Source: Muribaculaceae bacterium (GTDB lineage Bacteria > Bacteroidota > Bacteroidia > Bacteroidales > Muribaculaceae). From it: DNA of 64,000 nucleotides. Both the position numbers and the translations under genes were made by a program. The stretch spans positions 278,068 through 342,067 of the forward strand of contig JAMPBB010000001.1 in assembly GCA_023666885.1 (NCBI GenBank). Direction: 5' to 3'. Below are positions 40,926 through 50,980 of the stretch, piece after piece. Below the pieces are notes generated by a model. That model was not told where the DNA came from. It was given only the letters and a program-made list of their open reading frames with translations, and searched no databases. The first letter of the stretch is position 1. Each line of letters opens with the position of its first letter.

Positions 40926-42273
40926 ACGCCAGCTAATACACAACGCCCGGATAGTGAACGAAGGGCGTATATTCATGGGCTACGTGCTCATAGAGGGCGA
41001 GCTTATAGCCGAAGTGGCTGAAGGTGATGCCCCCGAAGAACTTATAGCCGCTACTACTACCGTAATCGATGCCCGTGAGCGGCTGCTTATGCCCGGATGC
41101 ATAGATGAGCATGTGCATTTCCGCGACCCGGGTCTGACAGAAAAGGCCGACATGAGCACCGAGAGCCGCGCAGCCGTAGCCGGAGGAGTGACATCGTTCA
41201 TTGACATGCCCAATACCATCCCCCCCACGGTGACATGCGCCGCCGTAGAGGACAAGATGAAGCGGGCCGCTGAAGTGAGCATGGCCAACTATGCATTCTT
41301 CATAGGCGCCACCAACTCCAACATTGATGAACTCCTGTTCGCCGACTATAGCCGCGTGGCCGGAGTTAAACTGTTCATGGGCTCCTCTACCGGAAACATG
41401 CTTGTGGACAACACCTCCATCATTGACAGGATATTTGCCGAAGTGCCCGCACTGATAGCCGTACATGCCGAGGATGAAGCCCTCATAGCCGAGCGCCGCA
41501 CGGCAGTGACCGAACGCTACGGCAAGGAACTTGAGATAGAGTTTCATCCCGTGATACGCAATCATGAAGTGTGCCGCAGAGCCACTGCCCGAGCCGTAGA
41601 GCTGGCGCGGCGGCATAATGCGCGCCTGCATGTGCTGCATCTGTCCACCGCCGATGAGCTGCAATACTTCAGCGCCGGCCCGGTGAGCGGCAAGCGCATA
41701 ACATGTGAAACGTGCCCGCAGTATCTGGTATTCTCCGATGAACAGTACGCCATGCTCGGCGCCCGAATAAAGTGTAATCCCGCCATAAAGCGCCCGGCCG
41801 ACCGCGATGCCCTCCGCGAAGCCCTCCGTGAGGGCGTAATCGACACGCTTGCCACCGATCATGCCCCTCACCTGCTGGCTCAGAAACGCGGCACCGCGTT
41901 TACCGCCGTGTCAGGGATGCCTCTGATACAGTTTGCCCTCCCCGTAATGATGGAGCTGGTAAACGAAGGTACTTTCACCGCCACGAAAGTGGTAGAGGCC
42001 TACTGCCATAATCCTGCCACACTGTTCGGCATTGACCGCCGCGGATTTATACGCCCCGGCTACTATGCGGACCTTGTGCTGGTAGATGACGACTGCGAGC
42101 CATACACCATAACCGACGCCTGGGCCATAAGCCGATGCGGGTGGACACCCTTCAGCGGACTGAGCATTAATAACCGCGTGGACATAACATGGGTCAACGG
42201 CCGGCAAGCCTATCGGCACGGCGTACTCTTCTCCACCGTAAGGGGCAAGAGCCTTAGGTTTATGCATAAATAA
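40906..42273 (+). CDS. pyrC: Dihydroorotase
   Basis: PGCIDEHVHFRDPG, DMPNT, KLFMGSSTG, KCNPAIK and ATDHAPH. Confidence 0.88.
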   Translation: MTAASPERQLIHNARIVNEGRIFMGYVLIEGELIAEVAEGDAPEELIAATTTVIDARERLLMPGCIDEHVHFRDPGLTEKADMSTESRAAVAGGVTSFIDMPNTIPPTVTCAAVEDKMKRAAEVSMANYAFFIGATNSNIDELLFADYSRVAGVKLFMGSSTGNMLVDNTSIIDRIFAEVPALIAVHAEDEALIAERRTAVTERYGKELEIEFHPVIRNHEVCRRATARAVELARRHNARLHVLHLSTADELQYFSAGPVSGKRITCETCPQYLVFSDEQYAMLGARIKCNPAIKRPADRDALREALREGVIDTLATDHAPHLLAQKRGTAFTAVSGMPLIQFALPVMMELVNEGTFTATKVVEAYCHNPATLFGIDRRGFIRPGYYADLVLVDDDCEPYTITDAWAISRCGWTPFSGLSINNRVDITWVNGRQAYRHGVLFSTVRGKSLRFMHK

Positions 42274-42428
42274 TACTGCATATTCACAATATTTTTTAAC
42301 TCCACATCATTGCAGAATCATAAATATTAGATAACTTTGCCGCGCTGCAGAGCCATAACTATCTGCAAACGTGACACTGATACCATAGATACCATAAACA
42401 CAATAATAGCTGTATAAATATAGTAAAT

Positions 42429-44279
42429 ATGTTAGAAGAAACGAATGTCAGGACCCTTGACAAGGTAGTGGTGCGTTTCTCGGGCGACTCCGGTGACGGT
42501 ATGCAGCTCGTAGGAAACATTTTCACCAATGTCAGCGCGGGACTGGGCAACCAGGTATCCACATTTCCCGACTATCCGGCTGAAATCCGCGCTCCGCAGG
42601 GTTCGCTCGGCGGTGTATCAGGATTCCAGGTAAGTGTAGGCACCAACGTGCACACCCCCGGCGACAAATGTGACGTACTCATAGCCATGAACCCCGCCGC
42701 CCTAAAGCAGAACGTGAAGCACGTGAAGCACGGCGGCGTGATAATAGTGGACATAGACTCCTTTAAGGAAGCTGACCTCAAGAAGGCACTGTTCAAGACC
42801 ATGGATCCGTTCACGGAGCTTGACATAAAGGCTCAGATCCTTGAGGTACCCATCACATCCATGACCAAGGCCGCGCTGGCCGATTCCGGTCTTGACAACA
42901 AGGCCGTACTCAAGTGCCGCAACTTCTTTGCGCTGGGCATGGTATGCTGGCTGTTTGACCGCCCGCTTGAAAGCGTGCTCAACTTCCTGCGCAACAAGTT
43001 TGCCAAGAAGCCGGCCATCTACGAGGCCAATGCCAAGGTGCTTGACGCCGGATTCAATTACGGGCACAACATACATGCCAGTGTATCCACTTACCGCATA
43101 GAATCGCCCGCCGCATGTCCGGGCGTATACACTGACATAAACGGCAACACCGCCACAGCCTGGGGTCTGATAATGGCCTCGGAAAAGAGCGGACGTCCGC
43201 TTTTCTTGGGCAGCTACCCCATAACCCCTGCCACTGACATACTCCACGAACTGGCCAAGCGCAAGGATCTGGGCGTTAAAGCCCTTCAGATGGAGGATGA
43301 GATAGCCGGTGTATGCTCCGCCATAGGCGCTTCATTTGCCGGGCATCTGGCCGTAACCTCCACGTCAGGCCCCGGTTTGGCTCTGAAAGGCGAGGCTATA
43401 GGTCTGGCCGTGATAGCCGAGCTTCCGCTTGTGGTAATTGACGTACAGCGCGGCGGCCCCTCCACCGGCCTGCCCACCAAGACGGAACAGACTGACCTGA
43501 TGCAGGCGCTTTATGGCCGCAACGGTGAAAGCCCTGTGGCCGTAGTGGCTCCCACATCACCCACAGACTGCTTTGACATGGCATTCGAGGCCTCACGCAT
43601 AGCCATAGAGCACATGACCCCGGTAATATTGCTGTCCGATGCCTTTATAGGCAACGGTTCGTCAGCATGGCGCGTACCCGAAGCCAAGGACTATCCCGCC
43701 ATCAATCCTCCTTATGTACCCGCCGACAAGGTGGCCGAAGGCTCATGGCGCCCGTATGACCGCCGCGAGGACAACAAGGTACGCTACTGGGCCATTCCCG
43801 GCACCGAGGGATTGACACATCGCCTTGGCGGTCTTGAAAAGGGCTACTACACCGGAGCCATCAGCACCGATCCGGCCAACCATGAAAAGATGGTGTACAC
43901 ACGCCGCGAGAAGATAGCCGCTATAGCCCGTGACATACCCGGACTGGAAGTGATAGGCCCGGATGATGCCGACACTCTGCTATTAGGCTGGGGCGGCACA
44001 TACGGACATCTGCGCACAGCAGCCCACGAGCTGAACACCGCCGGACACAAGGTGGCCTTTACGCATTTCCGCTACATCAACCCGCTTCCCGCCAATACCG
44101 GCGAGATACTCGCCCTCTACAAGAAAGTGATAGTGGCCGAACTCAATACCGGTCAGTTTGCTGACTATTTGCAGAGCAAGTTCCCCTCCGCCCCCATTTA
44201 CCGCGTGAACAAAGTGCAGGGTCAGCCATTCCTCGTGGAGGAAGTGGTGAAGGCCGTAACCGAAATAATGGACAAATAA
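42429..44279 (+). CDS. korA: 2-oxoacid:ferredoxin oxidoreductase alpha subunit (gamma-alpha fusion)
   Basis: GDSGDGMQ, YPAEIRAP, YPITPA, TSGPG and QRGGPSTGLPT; TAACTTTG promoter element at 42332-42339. Confidence 0.9.
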   Translation: MLEETNVRTLDKVVVRFSGDSGDGMQLVGNIFTNVSAGLGNQVSTFPDYPAEIRAPQGSLGGVSGFQVSVGTNVHTPGDKCDVLIAMNPAALKQNVKHVKHGGVIIVDIDSFKEADLKKALFKTMDPFTELDIKAQILEVPITSMTKAALADSGLDNKAVLKCRNFFALGMVCWLFDRPLESVLNFLRNKFAKKPAIYEANAKVLDAGFNYGHNIHASVSTYRIESPAACPGVYTDINGNTATAWGLIMASEKSGRPLFLGSYPITPATDILHELAKRKDLGVKALQMEDEIAGVCSAIGASFAGHLAVTSTSGPGLALKGEAIGLAVIAELPLVVIDVQRGGPSTGLPTKTEQTDLMQALYGRNGESPVAVVAPTSPTDCFDMAFEASRIAIEHMTPVILLSDAFIGNGSSAWRVPEAKDYPAINPPYVPADKVAEGSWRPYDRREDNKVRYWAIPGTEGLTHRLGGLEKGYYTGAISTDPANHEKMVYTRREKIAAIARDIPGLEVIGPDDADTLLLGWGGTYGHLRTAAHELNTAGHKVAFTHFRYINPLPANTGEILALYKKVIVAELNTGQFADYLQSKFPSAPIYRVNKVQGQPFLVEEVVKAVTEIMDK

Positions 44280-44282
44280 GCT

Positions 44283-45296
44283 ATGGAAGAGATCAAATAT
44301 ACCCCCGCAAACTATAAGAGCGACCAGCCCGTACGCTGGTGTGCCGGATGCGGCGACCACGCCATTCTCAACTCCCTGCACAAGGCCATGGCCGAACTCG
44401 GAGTGCCCCCGCACATGACGGCTGTAATATCCGGTATAGGATGTTCTTCACGTCTGCCTTACTACATGAACACTTACGGCTTCCACACCATTCACGGACG
44501 CGCCGCTGCCATAGCCACGGGCTTCAAGGTGGCCAATCCTGAAATGTCAGTATGGCAGATATCGGGCGACGGCGATGGTCTGGCTATAGGCGGCAACCAC
44601 TTCATACACGCCGTACGCCGTAATATAGACATCAATATCCTGCTGTTCAATAACAAGATCTACGGCCTCACCAAGGGTCAGTATTCACCCACATCTGCAC
44701 GCGGATTCGTGTCAAAGTCCTCGCCTTACGGCACCACCGAGGATCCGTTCATACCGGCTGAGCTTGTATTCGGCGCCCGTGGCAATTTCTTTGCACGCAG
44801 TATCGACGTAGAGCTCAAGATCTCACAGGAAGTGCTCATAGCTGCCGGACGCCACAAAGGCACCTCAGTGTGTGAAATACTCCAGAACTGCATGATATAC
44901 AACAACGGCATACATAACTACATAACTGACCGCGAATTCCGCGCCGAACGCACCATACATCTCGAGCATGGCAAGAAGATGCTCTTCGGCAAGAATATGG
45001 AGAAGGGTCTGGTACGCGACGGCTTCCTGCTGAAGGCTGTCACCGTAGGCGAGGACGGCTACACTATGGATGATGTCCTGGTACATGACGCCCACACTCC
45101 CTCCAATTTCCTGCACCAGCAGCTGGCCATGATGGACGGTTATGGACTGCCGCTGGCTTTAGGTGTGATACGTGACGTAGATTCTCTTACATACAATGAC
45201 GAGGTTCACCGTCAGGTACGCGAAGTTCAGGCCAAAAAAGGATTCACCTGCCTGCGCGACATGATTCTGGCCGGCGAAACCTGGGAAGTAAAATAA
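44283..45296 (+). CDS. korB: 2-oxoacid:ferredoxin oxidoreductase beta subunit
   Basis: WCAGCGD, SGIGCSSR, HGRA, GDGDGLAIGGNH and YGLTKGQYSPT. Confidence 0.9.
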   Translation: MEEIKYTPANYKSDQPVRWCAGCGDHAILNSLHKAMAELGVPPHMTAVISGIGCSSRLPYYMNTYGFHTIHGRAAAIATGFKVANPEMSVWQISGDGDGLAIGGNHFIHAVRRNIDINILLFNNKIYGLTKGQYSPTSARGFVSKSSPYGTTEDPFIPAELVFGARGNFFARSIDVELKISQEVLIAAGRHKGTSVCEILQNCMIYNNGIHNYITDREFRAERTIHLEHGKKMLFGKNMEKGLVRDGFLLKAVTVGEDGYTMDDVLVHDAHTPSNFLHQQLAMMDGYGLPLALGVIRDVDSLTYNDEVHRQVREVQAKKGFTCLRDMILAGETWEVK

Positions 45297-45315
45297 CGTT
45301 AAATTACGTCATATT

Positions 45316-45348
45316 AGCGCGCTCCGTTTTAGCAGAGCGCGCTTTTTT
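45316..45348 (+). terminator. korB terminator
   Basis: agcgcgctc / gagcgcgct followed by tttttt. Confidence 0.75.
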
Positions 45349-45383
45349 ATTTATTTTTGTCACGAATCGCTATCCGGCGAGTC

Positions 45384-45400
45384 ATATATATATATATATA
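45384..45400. repeat. (AT)8 dinucleotide microsatellite
   Basis: atatatatatatatata between a TATTTTTG element (45352-45359) and ATG 45423. Confidence 0.9.
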
Positions 45401-45422
45401 CGCAATATAACCAATCATACAT

Positions 45423-47303
45423 ATGAAGCGATTACTACTTAGCATCATGGGCCTTGCGGCACTCCTCACGGCCGTGGCATCCACGCGTGTTGTGGAGGCT
45501 CCTTTCATAGGCGCCACCAATGCCTTGAATCTTGACTTTCCCCGCATAGAACTGTCAGACACCTCTACAGTTCTTCACGCTAAGGTCACTTACCGGCCAA
45601 AGTGGTGGATAACCATATCGCCTGAATCATTCATAGAGGCTGGTGGCAAGCAGTACTACATTACAGGAACAAGCGGCATACTGTTAGGCGAGCATCACAC
45701 AATACCCGAATCAGGCGTGACGGAATTCGACCTCTACTTCCCTTCCCTGCCTGAAGGAACCCAAAGCATAAATTTCAAGGAAGGTGAAAATTCCGGCTGG
45801 CGCACATGGAACATCAGCCTTACCGGCGAGCCGGCCACTCTTCCGTCAGGACTCCCGGCTGAATTCACGGCTATTCCTGACTATAATACATCGGTGCCTG
45901 AGCCCCGTATGGCATGTGATTCCACCACAGTACGCATCCACCTGCTCAATTATAGCCCCGACATGGGCGATGAAGTGCGTGCGCAGCTTGAGATGCTTAC
46001 CGGCTACCTCACCGTTGACCGGCTCAAAGCTCCGGTAACGGACAGCGGCGAGGCCACTCTACGCTTCCTTATGAACGGCCCCGGAAAGCTATTGGTGCTG
46101 GAAGCAGGCGATATCCGTGTTATGGGCGAGGCTACGGTGGACCCCGGCGAGGTGCTTGACATGTACATTGACTGTAATTATTCAGGTGGAGTGGTTATGT
46201 CAAATCGTGACATGAATGAGGGCCTTCAGAGAGTAGAATCATGGCACAACGGACGCTATGCTGCATTTGACCGCAGCAATAATGAAAGCAAATACGGAGG
46301 CTTCGAGCTGCGCAGCGGTAAGTTTGCCGACTATCATATGAGCTCGGATTCCTATACCGATATGGTGATAAATAGCTATAAGAAGCTAATCGCTGACATA
46401 GCTGCCGACAGCTCACTTACCCCATTGGCACGCGAAAGCGCTATTCTCACGGCCAATGCAAGCCTTATCTACGCCATGGATCAGTGGCAGGCTCAGCTCT
46501 ATTACAACTATTGGGACCGCTATAACGCCTGGGGTCAGGCTCCTCCTGCCGATTCCATTCCCGCCCTCAAGACACCTATGGATAAAGAAAACTTCATTAA
46601 AGCCGGGCGCATGGTGGATCTTAACGATACGCGCTTGGTAATAGCCAACGCTCCTTTCGGGCCGTCCTATTTCGCTGACCGGCGCTGGGACTATCCCGGA
46701 CTTGACAGCAGGCTCATAAGCGATATCAACACGTTCAAGAAAATCTACAGTAAGGCCGACAAGGGTGAAGCTTCGGCTGCCGAAATAGATACTCTGCGCA
46801 CACTTGCCATGCCGTTCTACGCTGAGGCAGTGGCTCACCGTGACTCAGAAATGAAACGGGTACTGGCCTCACTTGACCGCTCTCTGATGCTCTCCACCCC
46901 CGAAGTGCCTGATGAGGAGATATTTGATGCTATAATAGCCCCGCATAAGGGCAAAGTGGTGATGGTGGACCTGTGGAACACATGGTGCGGCCCCTGCCGC
47001 AATGCGCTTAAGGCTCACGAACCCGCCAAGAGCGGTGAACTCAGCTCTGAGGACATAGTGTGGATTTACATAGCCGATGAGTCTTCGCCCGATGTCAACT
47101 ACTTCCCTATGCTCCCCGGCATAAAGGGTCTGCATTATCGCCTCACATCGGATCAGATGAGCCATATAAGGGAGCGCTTCAATGTCGATGGTATCCCATA
47201 CTATATTCTCGTGGACCGTCAAGGCAATGCCGTGGGTAATCCTGAACTGCGCAACGAAACTACATATAAAAATTCAATACTTGACGCCCTAAGCCGTAAA
47301 TAA
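45423..47303 (+). CDS. TlpA/thioredoxin-like disulfide oxidoreductase with a long N-terminal region
   Basis: Signal peptide; KGKVVMVDLWNTWCGPC and GIPYYILVDRQG. Confidence 0.88.
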   Translation: MKRLLLSIMGLAALLTAVASTRVVEAPFIGATNALNLDFPRIELSDTSTVLHAKVTYRPKWWITISPESFIEAGGKQYYITGTSGILLGEHHTIPESGVTEFDLYFPSLPEGTQSINFKEGENSGWRTWNISLTGEPATLPSGLPAEFTAIPDYNTSVPEPRMACDSTTVRIHLLNYSPDMGDEVRAQLEMLTGYLTVDRLKAPVTDSGEATLRFLMNGPGKLLVLEAGDIRVMGEATVDPGEVLDMYIDCNYSGGVVMSNRDMNEGLQRVESWHNGRYAAFDRSNNESKYGGFELRSGKFADYHMSSDSYTDMVINSYKKLIADIAADSSLTPLARESAILTANASLIYAMDQWQAQLYYNYWDRYNAWGQAPPADSIPALKTPMDKENFIKAGRMVDLNDTRLVIANAPFGPSYFADRRWDYPGLDSRLISDINTFKKIYSKADKGEASAAEIDTLRTLAMPFYAEAVAHRDSEMKRVLASLDRSLMLSTPEVPDEEIFDAIIAPHKGKVVMVDLWNTWCGPCRNALKAHEPAKSGELSSEDIVWIYIADESSPDVNYFPMLPGIKGLHYRLTSDQMSHIRERFNVDGIPYYILVDRQGNAVGNPELRNETTYKNSILDALSRK

Positions 47304-47417
47304 CTCTAACCGCACTCAGCATGAACATCAGATGCACTCATTGATGCATTGAAGAAATAAGCGAGCGTGCATCTGTATAATGTTACTTTGATAGGTAAAA
47401 ATAGCTTAGACAAAACA

Positions 47418-47513
47418 GTCCATCATATTGGACACAACAAGTCAAGCTTATCCATATGTCCATTATGGTGAACAAAACATAGTATTTTTGTTGTTTTGTC
47501 CATTATATTTTAC
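47418..47513. repeat. Three GTCCAT(C/T)AT boxes at exact 40-bp spacing (putative operator)
   Basis: Boxes start at 47418, 47458 and 47498; the first is palindromic (gtcca-N6-tggac). Confidence 0.6.
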
Positions 47514-47546
47514 CATCTTTGTGGGGATTTTATTAACATTTATGGC

Positions 47547-48767
47547 ATGAAATACAACGACATAATTGAGCGCCCAATATACTTGGACAAAGCAATACGC
47601 CTTCTGGACAAAGGTATGATGCTGATTATCACTGGGCAAAGACGGGTGGGGAAGAGCTGTCTGTTGCTCCAGATTAAGCAGCGTCTTGAAACGACATCAG
47701 CCAATGCCAATGTAATATACATAGACAAGGAAGAACTTGGCAATCATGATATCAACAACTATATCAGTTTATACAATAAAGTAAAGAGCAGTATTGACAA
47801 GGACAAACATAACTACCTTCTTATTGATGAGGTACAGGACATAGACGGTTTTGAGCATGTCCTTAGAAGTATTCATGCCGAGAATCTGTGTCAAATCATT
47901 GCTACCGGCAGTAATGCAAAAGTTCTATCCTCCGAATTAAGCACAATCCTTGGGGGAAGATACTTTGAACTTAATGTCAATAGTCTTTCATATAAGGAGT
48001 TCCTACTGTTCCATAATTTAGATGATAGCGATAAGTCGCTCAGAGCCTATCTTACGTACGGTGGACTTCCCGGCCTAAGGAAGATTGGTCTTTCACAGGA
48101 GGAAGAAGTAGGCGATTATTTGGAGAATGTATATAATGCCATTGTGCTGAAGGATGTAATAGCACGTGAACAGATTAGGAATGTTAGATTTCTTGAAAAA
48201 CTCATTGCATTTGTGGCTGACAACATTGGCAAAAAAATATCTACACGAAATATCTCCCGATATGTGGAGAACGAAAAATCAGATGCCTCACCTACTACTG
48301 TAAGCTCATATTTGAAGTTCCTGACTAATGCGTATATCATAAAGGATATAGACGGATATGACATACACGGCAAGAAACTGTTGGAGCAAACGGCAACCTA
48401 TTATTTCCAAGACATGGGACTGTGCAACTACCTTGCCGGGTTTAAGTTGGGCAATCATATAGAAAAAATCATTGAAAATGCAATCTGGCACCATCTTATA
48501 ACCTGCGGCTATAAGGTTAAACTTGGAGCTCTTCGGGCTGGAGATATTGATTTTGTCGCCACTAAAAGAGATAAGACTCTATACATTCAGGCTACTTATG
48601 TGCTTGAAAACGAAAACACAGTGAAACGCGAATTCGGCAATCTTATGCTGATAAAAGATAATTTCCCAAAATTTGTCGTTTCCATGGATCCCCTCGCTGA
48701 AGATCGAAGCGATTATCCGGGAATCAAATATATGCACCTCAGGGAATTCCTTCTGACCGACTTTTGA
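47547..48767 (+). CDS. AAA+ ATPase (AAA_14) with DUF4143-like C-terminal region
   Basis: Walker A GQRRVGKS, Walker B LLIDEVQ, TGSN, YLTYGGLP and DIDFVA...YIQ; AT-rich. Start moved to ATG 47547. Confidence 0.9.
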   Translation: MKYNDIIERPIYLDKAIRLLDKGMMLIITGQRRVGKSCLLLQIKQRLETTSANANVIYIDKEELGNHDINNYISLYNKVKSSIDKDKHNYLLIDEVQDIDGFEHVLRSIHAENLCQIIATGSNAKVLSSELSTILGGRYFELNVNSLSYKEFLLFHNLDDSDKSLRAYLTYGGLPGLRKIGLSQEEEVGDYLENVYNAIVLKDVIAREQIRNVRFLEKLIAFVADNIGKKISTRNISRYVENEKSDASPTTVSSYLKFLTNAYIIKDIDGYDIHGKKLLEQTATYYFQDMGLCNYLAGFKLGNHIEKIIENAIWHHLITCGYKVKLGALRAGDIDFVATKRDKTLYIQATYVLENENTVKREFGNLMLIKDNFPKFVVSMDPLAEDRSDYPGIKYMHLREFLLTDF

Positions 48768-48834
48768 TCAGACTTTTTTCGTGCTTTTTCGGAGATAATT
48801 TTGCGGGAAGATGAAAAATCACTACCTTTGTGCC

Positions 48835-48930
48835 GGGTAAGTCCTACACGACCAGCTCCCCGGGAACTCCGTCAGATCTTGACCGAAGCAGCGGTACCGG
48901 GTTGAGCGGTGCGATGTAGTAAGCTTACCC
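48835..48930 (+). ncRNA. ffs: Signal recognition particle RNA (4.5S)
   Basis: Long hairpin gggtaag.../...cttaccc, core tCAGa-tct-TGAC-cga-AGCAgc, TACCTTTG promoter element at 48823-48830 and a T run after. Confidence 0.85.
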
Positions 48931-48980
48931 TTTTTTATTTCCTCCTCTCTAATGCAACCCCAGAAGTTGGCCGGACATTA

Positions 48981-49145
48981 GCTCCGTAGGAGCGCCAATA
49001 TAATAGGCCACTGCGAGGGCGGCGAAGCTATCCCTCCATCGCAGCGGCTACGCAGCTATATCTTACAGGCACCCTCTATACCACAGCTACGCATCGCTAC
49101 CGCTCTGCCCGCAGTGGCCTATTATATCATGGCCGCTACACGGCC
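48981..49145. repeat. REPIN/MITE-like element (family 2) with 18-bp perfect inverted repeats
   Basis: atataataggccactgcg (48998-49015) / cgcagtggcctattatat (49110-49127), capped by gctccGTAggagc and ggccgctacacggcc hairpins. Confidence 0.8.
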
Positions 49146-49199
49146 TGATGCACCATGGCACGCCACTACGCTCACCTTGGCATGTCCACAATACGATGC

Positions 49200-49290
49200 G
49201 ATTGCGAAGCAATCATTACATTTTTAGCCACGGGCCGGAGCCGTTAGGCGTAGACCCGTGGTATCGGATACAATGATTGTTTCACAATCG
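49200..49290 (+). repeat. REP-like repeat family 1, copy B, plus an inverted terminal hairpin
   Basis: gattgcgaagcaatc...ccacgggccggagccgttaggcgtagacccgtgg, then gattgtttcacaatc. Confidence 0.85.
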
Positions 49291-49327
49291 CCGATGCATC
49301 AATCCGCATACGGCTATGGTGCGGTCA

Positions 49328-49374
49328 ATAACATGCAGGCGCCTATCCCGTGGTGGGGACGGCGCCTGTGTTAT
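49328..49374 (-). terminator. Terminator of the ompA-family gene
   Basis: ataacatgcaggcgcc / ggcgcctgtgttat inverted repeat. Confidence 0.6.
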
Positions 49375-49391
49375 GAATATGGATTGTGCTA

Positions 49392-50255
49392 TTACTGCTC
49401 GGATGATTCGGGAGCCTCATCTATCAGCTCCAGGAACTGGTCAAGCTTGGGAGTGATTATGATTTCGGTACGGCGGTTACGCTGGCGTCCGAGATCGGAA
49501 CCGTTGTCCGAAATGGGGTTAAATTCGCCACGGCCGGCGGCGGTAAGACGCTGCGGATTCACGCCAAACTGGTTTTGAAGCACCTGCACCACTGATGAAG
49601 CGCGCAGTGTGGACAGGTCCCAGTTATTGCGGATATTGGTACGTGATATAGGCACATTGTCAGTATTGCCTTCTACCAGCACGTCATAGTCACCGTAGTC
49701 CTTTATTATCTTGGCTATCTTGCTCAGAGTTTCCATGGCGCGTTCGTTCACCTCATAGCTGCCTGACTTGAACAGCATATTGTCAGCGAGCGATATGTAC
49801 ACTACGCCTTTCAGTACCTTCACATCCACTTCCTTAAGCTCATCGTTTGACAGTGAGCGGGTGAGCTTGTTGGTAAGTGCTATGTTGAGCGAGTCACTCT
49901 TGCTCTTGGCATCCACGAGCTGCTTGATGTAGCGGTTGGAGGCGTTAATCTCATCCACAAGCTTCGAAATGTTGATGCTCCCCTGAGCCGACTGCTGTAT
50001 GCTCTGGTCCAACGAGCCTTTCAGATCGGCATAGGCGCGCTTGAGCTCCTCGTTGTTCTTCTTGGCACCGGCCAGCATTGTTTCAAGGCTGCGGTTATTG
50101 GCATTGCTCTCGGTCAGAGCCAGTTTAGTGTCATTAAGCTCTTTCTGAAGAGCATCATTACGTGTCTGCAATTCAGCAAACTTCTTGTTTGATGTACATC
50201 CCGTGAGCGCAACGGCTGCGGCAGCGGCAAGGACAATGAACAGATGTGATTTCAT
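49392..50255 (-). CDS. OmpA/MotB family lipoprotein with N-terminal coiled coil
   Basis: Lipobox LTGC; LFKSGS, VEGNTD, NWDLSTLRA and NRRTEIII. Confidence 0.9.
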   Translation of the reverse strand: MKSHLFIVLAAAAAVALTGCTSNKKFAELQTRNDALQKELNDTKLALTESNANNRSLETMLAGAKKNNEELKRAYADLKGSLDQSIQQSAQGSINISKLVDEINASNRYIKQLVDAKSKSDSLNIALTNKLTRSLSNDELKEVDVKVLKGVVYISLADNMLFKSGSYEVNERAMETLSKIAKIIKDYGDYDVLVEGNTDNVPISRTNIRNNWDLSTLRASSVVQVLQNQFGVNPQRLTAAGRGEFNPISDNGSDLGRQRNRRTEIIITPKLDQFLELIDEAPESSEQ

Positions 50256-50373
50256 AAGGCTATTTAATTGTAGTTATATAAGTTGAAACAATTCGTATGG
50301 CATTATCACACGCAAAGATAAGGCTTTTAACATCACATAAGCATCCGTTTAGGTTAATTTAACGCCTTAACAC

Positions 50374-50410
50374 AAAAGAAGGCTCCTGACCTCACGGCCG
50401 GGAGCCTCCT
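50374..50410 (-). terminator. Terminator of the susC-susD-lipoprotein operon
   Basis: aggctcctgacc / ggccgggagcct with an A run on the plus strand (T run on minus). Confidence 0.7.
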
Positions 50411-50470
50411 CAGGCTTTTTAATTAGTGTTGCCTTAGTGTTATTAGTTGAATCCTATAACCTTAATGATA

Positions 50471-50938
50471 TTAATTGTTGGTAAAGCTTGTAACGGTGAT
50501 AGTCCAAACTTTAGTGGTGCCATCAGCAGCCATAACGCTATACTTATGAGGCTTGGTCCAGTCATCGGGAGTGCCGAGAGGAGCGGAGCCATCGATAGGA
50601 GTAAGGCGTGCGGCGGTAGAGAGCGATACCTGAGCCCAGAGCTTGCTCTGAGTGCAGGCGGCCTTGGCATCGGCAGGGAAAGTATTTGAAGCGGCAGGCA
50701 CGGTAACGGTTACGGTGATAGTACCGGCTTCGCTGTCAATGTTAGCGTTTGAGTTCAAGCGCTTCTCCATAACCACGGGTTCGTTGGTGATGGGGTCCTT
50801 AGTAGAGCTGGCCCAACGGTAGTAGAACTGCACACCGGTTATTTCAGCTTCCTCGTAAGCGGGGAGATCTTCCCAACCACAAGCAGCCAAGAACGGCAGG
50901 ATGAGCAGCGTGAGCAGCCATTTCATATTCTTGATCAT
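50471..50938 (-). CDS. Small PUL-associated lipoprotein (DUF5018-like Ig fold)
   Basis: Lipobox LAAC; DWTKPHKYSVMAADGTTKVWTITV. Confidence 0.75.
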   Translation of the reverse strand: MIKNMKWLLTLLILPFLAACGWEDLPAYEEAEITGVQFYYRWASSTKDPITNEPVVMEKRLNSNANIDSEAGTITVTVTVPAASNTFPADAKAACTQSKLWAQVSLSTAARLTPIDGSAPLGTPDDWTKPHKYSVMAADGTTKVWTITVTSFTNN

Positions 50939-50980
50939 AATGTTAATCTGTGTTTTTAAGTGTTTGATACAAATATCGCA

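Noticed and set aside
40933-41871. 312-aa ORF antisense to pyrC (and similar long antisense ORFs in ilvD, asmA, metH and korA)
   Set aside because: Shadow ORFs expected from GC-rich codon bias; the opposite strand carries clear conserved genes.
49258-49578. 106-aa plus-strand ORF
   Set aside because: Antisense to the ompA-family gene and starts within a repeat copy.
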